Assembly (NCBI RefSeq): GCF_011745625.1 | Contig: NW_027191456.1 | Coordinates: forward strand, 186,001-250,000 | Length of the DNA stretch: 64,000 bases | Origin: Cladosporium halotolerans | Taxonomy: Eukaryota | Reading direction: 5' to 3' | Shown: one piece after another, positions 58,240 through 64,000 of the stretch | Layout of the letters: each line of letters begins with the position of its first letter | How positions within the stretch are numbered: position 1 is the first letter of the stretch | Notes under the pieces: model-generated | What the model was told of the DNA's origin: nothing | What the model saw: only the letters and a program-made list of their open reading frames with translations | Database searches by the model: none | Translations under genes and position numbers: made by a program

Positions 58240-60781
58240 CTAAAGAGCAAAGAAAGCAGCTGCGGCAGCAAAAGCGAAACCAGTGACACCGGTGCGGACG
58301 ACGGAGGCGGCGCCCGTGAACGGAGTGTACGGGCTGGCGGTCGGGGAGGGAATGTAGCTGGTGCCGAATCCAGTCGAGCTGGCGGCGCCGCCGACCGGGT
58401 TCGCGGTCGCGGTCGCGGTCGGGTACGCCGGGGCAGCAGGAGGAGAGCCTGCGGCGAGGCCAACCGAGGTAGTGGCCTTGCCACCAGGTGCGGTGATCGT
58501 GGAGGTGATGAACTGCACCTGAGGGACGGTGATTGTAGTGTCGATCGTGATGTAGGTCTTGCTCGAAGGGATCTCCATGCCCAGGGATTCGCCGGTGGAG
58601 TAGGTGGCGGGAACCTCGACTGACGACGAGTAGGTGATGACAGTCGAGGGACCGGTGGTCGCCGGGGCAGTAGGAGCAGGAGCAGTTGTAGCCGCGGAGT
58701 TGTATGGCGCGGGAGCCTCGCCAGTCGGGGCCACCTCAGAAGCAGGAGCAGAGGTGTACGGAGCAGGAGCCTCGCCAGTCGGGGCCGCCTCAGAAGGCTG
58801 CTCTGGAGGTGCAGGAGAGATTGCCTTGGGAGTCTCGACAACGGAGTAGGAGACTGGGACCTCCTTGCTTGAGACGACAGTCGAGCTTGCCGGGCAATCC
58901 TCCACGTCAGGAGCGCAGGAAGTGATGGTGACCGCAGAGGTGGAGTAGAAAGTAATGGTCGAGGGCTCAGCGGGTGCGGAGGTAGTCGGGTACTCGACGG
59001 GAGGCTTGCTGCTCTCCTCGGGCGATGCCTCCGTCGTGGGCTGAGCGGGCTTTGTGGTTTCGGCCTCTGTGACGGGGCAGACAGTGGTCGACACCGCAAT
59101 CGTCTCCGTGACGTAGGCTGTGGTCTGCGAGGCGGCGGGGCAGTCCTCGACATCAGCCGCGCAAGAAGTGATGGTGGAGACTGCGGTCGAGTAGACAGTT
59201 GAGGTAGTCATCTCAGGGGGAGAAGAGGTGACAGGCGAGCCCTCGGTAGAGGTAGTCTCAGAAGCCGGAGCAGTCTCCTTGGGATTTTCGGTCGCAGGAG
59301 CAGTCTCGCTGGGCTTGTTCTTCGAAGGGCATGCAGTAATGATGGCAGGGTTCTCTGGGACATAAGGCGCACAGATACCTTGAAGGTAGCCTGCAGCGGA
59401 CTGAGTCTTGTCATCATCATCAGACCAGGATTCAATGCAGTCCATGACCTTCTTGATCAGATCGTTGTCCTTGCAGTAACAGGCGTAGTCAGCATTGTCC
59501 TTGCAGTCAGTCGATCCAACCCAGGTGTTCAGACACTTGGGGAGAAGGTCAGGAGTTTCGGGCGCCTCGTAGGTCTGAGAAGGGACCTCGGCACCACTGC
59601 TCGTCGTGCCAGAGTAGACGGGCGCCGACGTGTTAGTGACCGGGGAGTGAGAAAGAGAAGATCCGTAGGAAGGCGCCGACGTCTCAGGCCTGGCTTCGCT
59701 AGAAGGAGAAGACTCATACGCAGGAGGAGCAGTGCCAGTGCTGGCTGCCGTAGTCTGAGATGAGTTGTATGCGGGTGCTGAAGTCTCCGGGCTGACAGCA
59801 GTGGAGGTTGTGCCCTCGTAAGAGCTGGTAGCAGCGGTTGACTCAACAGGGTAAGTACTGCTGACATTGGCGTAGCTGGAGTAGGCGGGAATCGATGGGA
59901 CGCTAGACGTGGTCTCAGGAGAGACCTCGGAAGTAGTAGTCTCAGCTTCGCTAGTCGTCGTCTCGTAGCTGGGAGGCACGACACTGCTGGTCGTGTCCGG
60001 AGAGGCCTCAGAGCTCGTGGTCTCAGAGTCACTCGAAGTGGTCTCGTAGCTAGGAGGGGCGGAAGTGGTCTCGGCCTCAGTGGTGTACTGGCTGGCGCTG
60101 GTGACAGCAGTGCTGGTAGTAGGGGTGAAAAGCGGGAGAGTGTTGGTGGGCTTGTCACAGTTGAAACCGATCGAGTGAATGCCGAGGTTGCAAGACTCGC
60201 CCTTCTCGTTCTTGCCGGACTCGCCCCTCTTGGGCTTGAAAGTCACAGTCTTGGCTGTCATGTTCTCAGTATTGAAGGACACTTAGATAAAAGGCTTGGG
60301 CGTGCGACTAACCTCCTCCGCACTGGGAGTTCTTGACGATGTTGCCACCCTGGGTGCAACGGTGGGTCTGCTTGCAAGTGGAGCCGTCTGGCATGCCATA
60401 GTGAGCCTCGACATCGGTGTCCCAAGAGCTGCTGACCTGGTAGGTGTCAATGGACATCTGGTCCTCGCCATCACACTCGATCTTAGGCTCCTTGTCGATG
60501 TCTGCGGTAATGCACTTGTCTTGGAAAGTACGCTTGGTGAGGCCGTCACGCTTGCCGAACTTGTTGCCACATGTGAAACCAGAAAACTTGTTGCTGCCGT
60601 AGGAGTTGAAGGACCCGGGCTGGAGGCTAGACCAGTCGTATCCAGACTTCTGGTCGTCAGAGCACTTGTTGTCTGTGACAGAGGGAGCAGAGTATTTGTT
60701 GGCATCCAAACGCCATCCAGTGGCTGCGGCCTGGCCGGCCGCGAGGCCGACGACGACGACCGTCGGAAGAGAGAGATGCAT
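58240..60781 (-). CDS. Secreted, probably GPI-anchored Ser/Thr/Pro-rich wall protein with CFEM-like domain (Mad1 adhesin-like); exons 60781-60313 and 60254-58240
   Basis: Signal peptide MHLSLPTVVVVGLAAGQAAA, Cys-rich N-domain, CFEM-like LPKCLNTW...DCKDNADYACYCK...VMDCIESW...LQGICA, two TITSCA.DVEDCPA repeats and a hydrophobic C-terminal GPI signal. Confidence 0.88.
58692..58792 (-). repeat. Two-copy coding tandem repeat (SE[AV]APTGEAPAPY, 57-nt period)
   Basis: ggagcctcgccagtcggggcc occurs at 58712 and 58769 on the plus strand. Confidence 0.8.
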
Positions 60782-62291
60782 GCTGTGTGAGCGAGATCAA
60801 GTTGAAGGAAAATGAGTATGTGAGAATCAATTAAAGAAGATACAAAACAAGCAGAGAAGCGAGTGACACTGCTTGGGAGAAGCTGAAAAAAAGTGATGTG
60901 TTGCAAAGACCTAGAGGGGGACGAAGGGCGAGGTGACAAGATATACTTGTGCGAAGTAGTGTATCAGGCGAGATGCAGAAGCGTACTGGTAGACTACTGC
61001 CGACCAATGATCACTCCATGCACGCCTACCAAGTAGAGACCGCACTAGGGGCTCAGGTGAGGGTACTTCCACGCCTGTTCCAGGAGGTCGTCTCGCAGGC
61101 GAAGGCTTCAGAGTCAGACAACATCCCGGTAGAGCTCGAAGAGGACAACCCCAAAGCTGCCCTACATCGCTTGGAGCCGCTGGCTACTCGTGCCTACTGC
61201 TTGTCTCCTGCGGCTGCGAGTCGCGCATAAGGGACGATGAAGGCAGATCTCTCTCGCGTCGGCGTGTAGAACCTGCAGTCTTTCCAGCGGCAACGCTCAC
61301 CCGTTGGACGGTTCTCCATGTTGCACACCCTGAACGCGTGGCGTGGCGGCTCCATCAGAAGTCGCAGAAGGCGATGCTCGTGGAAGAGTGCGGCGGCTAA
61401 TGTAGGAACCCGTTCATGGCTGTCGGAGAGTCGCATGCTCCGCGTTTCACCAGGACGCCACAAAGCCAAGGCTGCCGGCGCTGGAGGATGGAACCATTGG
61501 TCCAGCCTAGAACTTCTGCCCGGCGCTATTGTTTCGACGCTTTCGCGCGCGCCTCCTACACGGCTGGCATACCGCTATTGCAGGCCAATCGCGGGGAAGA
61601 GGATGCATGTACCTGCGGTGTGACATCGACGAGGCTGAGTCTCAGGCCCGTCGGCCGGCCGGCTGCGGTAGTCCATCAATTCAAAGCTGTTTGGCAGCTC
61701 TTCATCGTCTCAGTGGCCCTGGTCATGAGACTCTTGTGACGAGGGTCGAGAATAGCTCCTGGTAGGACATCAAAATCAGGACAGAGACACATGCTAAACC
61801 CATGACATACGGCCATCCAGAGCTATTGCAATAAAGATCTATGAACGCAGATAGATTCTTGTACAACGGCACGATAACCGATCCCGATTCCACTCTGTAG
61901 CCTGCAAGCGAGGAAATGTACAGGGGTCTGCGATGTACACGGCCCGGGCTGTATGCGGAATATACCTAGTTCTCTTTAGTAAGCTCGCCGTGCTCGCCTA
62001 GTCACGTTTCACCCAAGGCGGGCGAGGCGAGGCCCACTGGGGCTGGAAGTCTTCTGCACTTGGCGAGCACATAGGGTCAAATACTCGAAGTCTAGTATAG
62101 GCATGACATGAGGGAATACCACTCAAGCGAGATATTTGCGAGTCGCAGACATGACTAGAAGGGGAATTGAATTCATATCTGAGCATGTCTATCGATTCGG
62201 TTGGCAGTCGAGTTGTCATCCAAGGTGCACCGTTCGGGCGTATCGTTCGAGATATATGCTACTGGGTATAAAAATACACGCTTCACGACAC

Positions 62292-64000
62292 CTATTTGGC
62301 ACGAGCCATCGGCCCCCAGTTCTCTCTGGGGTTCTGCTGATATCTCACCAGCCTCCTTCCCTTCTTGTCTCTCCCGAGCGCTTCGTCGAACACCACCTTC
62401 ATTTTCTTCACATCGCCGGCTTTGTTTGCCGCCGCTGCAATCTCGTCGACTTCGTGTTCCGTCACGATCTCCGGCGATCCAGCGCCCTCTCCTGTCTCTT
62501 TCTCCGGCTCCCGCGCAGCCTGCATGATCCTGTAACCGGGCATATTCTCCTTCAGCTTGCCCTCCTTGATCGGGCTTTTTTGCCTGACCCATTCGCGCAT
62601 GATTTCCCAGATTGCCGACCATGGTGCTTCAGTCTTGATACTACCAGGCCTGCAATGACTTCTTGTCGCCCTGTACCCGGCGTGTCGCAGTGCGCCCTTG
62701 AAAGCTGCCTCGCTGGGTGCCTGCGAGTGGATGACCTTGGACAGAGTCGAAGGAATGACGAAGAATGGAGACTCATCGATCTGCTCAGGAATAGTCCTGG
62801 GAATCAGATCTTCATGTGCCGGTCCCTTTTCGGGGACATAGTTGGTGACATAGATCTCGTCGAGGGCGGTGTCAAGCATACCCTCGATGCGCTCGGTCGT
62901 GCCGTAGACATCCTTGTCCGCAGTCTCAACGTCCTTGAGCATTCTCTCAATGAATGCCGCATTGTGGATCGGACCCGCCCACATAGGACCTGCCACGTGA
63001 GTTTTGCTGCCGCAGTGATCGCACAGGCTGTTGGCACTCGGCGCCTGGGCGATAGAGTATTTCCAGAATGTATTGTCACCCTTTGACGATGGCTGCTTCG
63101 TGTTTCGCCCCAACATCTGAGTCTTCCAAGCCCCGCATCCGTAGTCGCAGTTGTATGTGAGCATGGTCTTGCCTGCCAGGAACTTTACCTCCGCCGGGCT
63201 CTTACGCACGCGGACGAAGACACGCAGGTAGAAGTCAATGCTCAGGGAAAGCAAAGGCTCGATCGCAATGCCCTGCTTGGCTGCTGCAGTGGCAATCGAG
63301 TGCAAGACCAGACGCAGGCCGCCTTCGTGCGAATGGCTGCCTTTGATGGGCATCCCACCGTAAAGCGAGAAAGTCTTCTCGGGATAGCCGCAAGAAGCGA
63401 ATACACCAGAATCAGTGCATGTGACGCAAAGCATTCCGCCATCGTTGATCGCATGGAGGGCAGCGTCAATGAACGGTGCAGCTGTGCCATACGGATCGAG
63501 GTCAATAACATCGTACTTGCCCGAGACGTGGTCAGGTCCGTGGGACTCTTCAGGAGGAAAGGCGACGTAGTACATGTGAGCAATCGCATTGCCAGTGTTC
63601 GCTGTGATCTTGTCCTCCAGCCCATTGTGCTTTATATTGACTGCCATGCTCTCGACAGCTTTGCGATCCATGTCGTTCGCAACAATGGAAGTCGCAAATG
63701 GTATCTCTTGCGCGTATCGCAATGCTCGCAGACCCGTTGCAGAGAGCGCATCGAGAATGCGGAATCGTGGTTGCCAGGGCTTTCCCTCGTCCGTCTCGCC
63801 GTTGGCCGGAATAGCTTCGCTTGTGGATTCACCATTATTCGCGGCTGTGGTGGTCTCCACGTCCATCTTCTCAGCGTCCGCAGCATTTCCGTTGGTGTCC
63901 TCCTGCACAGCTTCAGCACCAGCAGCCGGAATCTTGTTTCCATCTGAGCCTTTTACCATTTTCGCAGGAGCACCGCTCTCAACATCCTCTTCCCTCTGCC
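62292..64000 (-). CDS. TRM1: tRNA (guanine26-N2)-dimethyltransferase; 5' end beyond window
   Basis: ILDALSATGLRALRY, YDVIDLDPYGTAAPF, GGMLCVTCTD, HEGGLRLVL, LSIDFYLRVFVRV, Zn-ribbon CDHCG, GPMWAGPIH, RYQQNPRENWGPMARA. Confidence 0.96.
   Translation of the reverse strand, partial: QREEDVESGAPAKMVKGSDGNKIPAAGAEAVQEDTNGNAADAEKMDVETTTAANNGESTSEAIPANGETDEGKPWQPRFRILDALSATGLRALRYAQEIPFATSIVANDMDRKAVESMAVNIKHNGLEDKITANTGNAIAHMYYVAFPPEESHGPDHVSGKYDVIDLDPYGTAAPFIDAALHAINDGGMLCVTCTDSGVFASCGYPEKTFSLYGGMPIKGSHSHEGGLRLVLHSIATAAAKQGIAIEPLLSLSIDFYLRVFVRVRKSPAEVKFLAGKTMLTYNCDYGCGAWKTQMLGRNTKQPSSKGDNTFWKYSIAQAPSANSLCDHCGSKTHVAGPMWAGPIHNAAFIERMLKDVETADKDVYGTTERIEGMLDTALDEIYVTNYVPEKGPAHEDLIPRTIPEQIDESPFFVIPSTLSKVIHSQAPSEAAFKGALRHAGYRATRSHCRPGSIKTEAPWSAIWEIMREWVRQKSPIKEGKLKENMPGYRIMQAAREPEKETGEGAGSPEIVTEHEVDEIAAAANKAGDVKKMKVVFDEALGRDKKGRRLVRYQQNPRENWGPMARAK

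Overview
Gene-dense (about 24 protein-coding loci in 64 kb), GC-rich eukaryotic DNA from a filamentous ascomycete. Short GT..CTRAY..YAG introns and Pezizomycotina-type proteins support this; Dothideomycetes/Capnodiales-like is my inference. It is mostly housekeeping: Ca2+/H+ exchanger (runs off the left edge and is missing from the ORF track), DID2, eIF3c, MscS-like channel, ATR/MEC1, COX16, PFK, MED17, ISN1, KES1/OSH4, NOT1, SEC11, oligoribonuclease, HMT1/PRMT1 and TRM1 (off the right edge). There is also an accessory-looking block (NADAR, DUF1349, FAD monooxygenase, SDR), a Mad1-like CFEM/GPI wall protein and four uncharacterised proteins. By eye I found no rRNA, tRNA, spliceosomal snRNA, CRISPR or intact transposon. 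The strongest unexplained signal is a ~350-nt intergenic segment (52330-52670) with nested, multi-branched base pairing that favours the minus strand through G-U pairs, a candidate structured ncRNA or UTR element. Splice junctions were derived by hand and no database searches were run. I cannot claim a proven new system.
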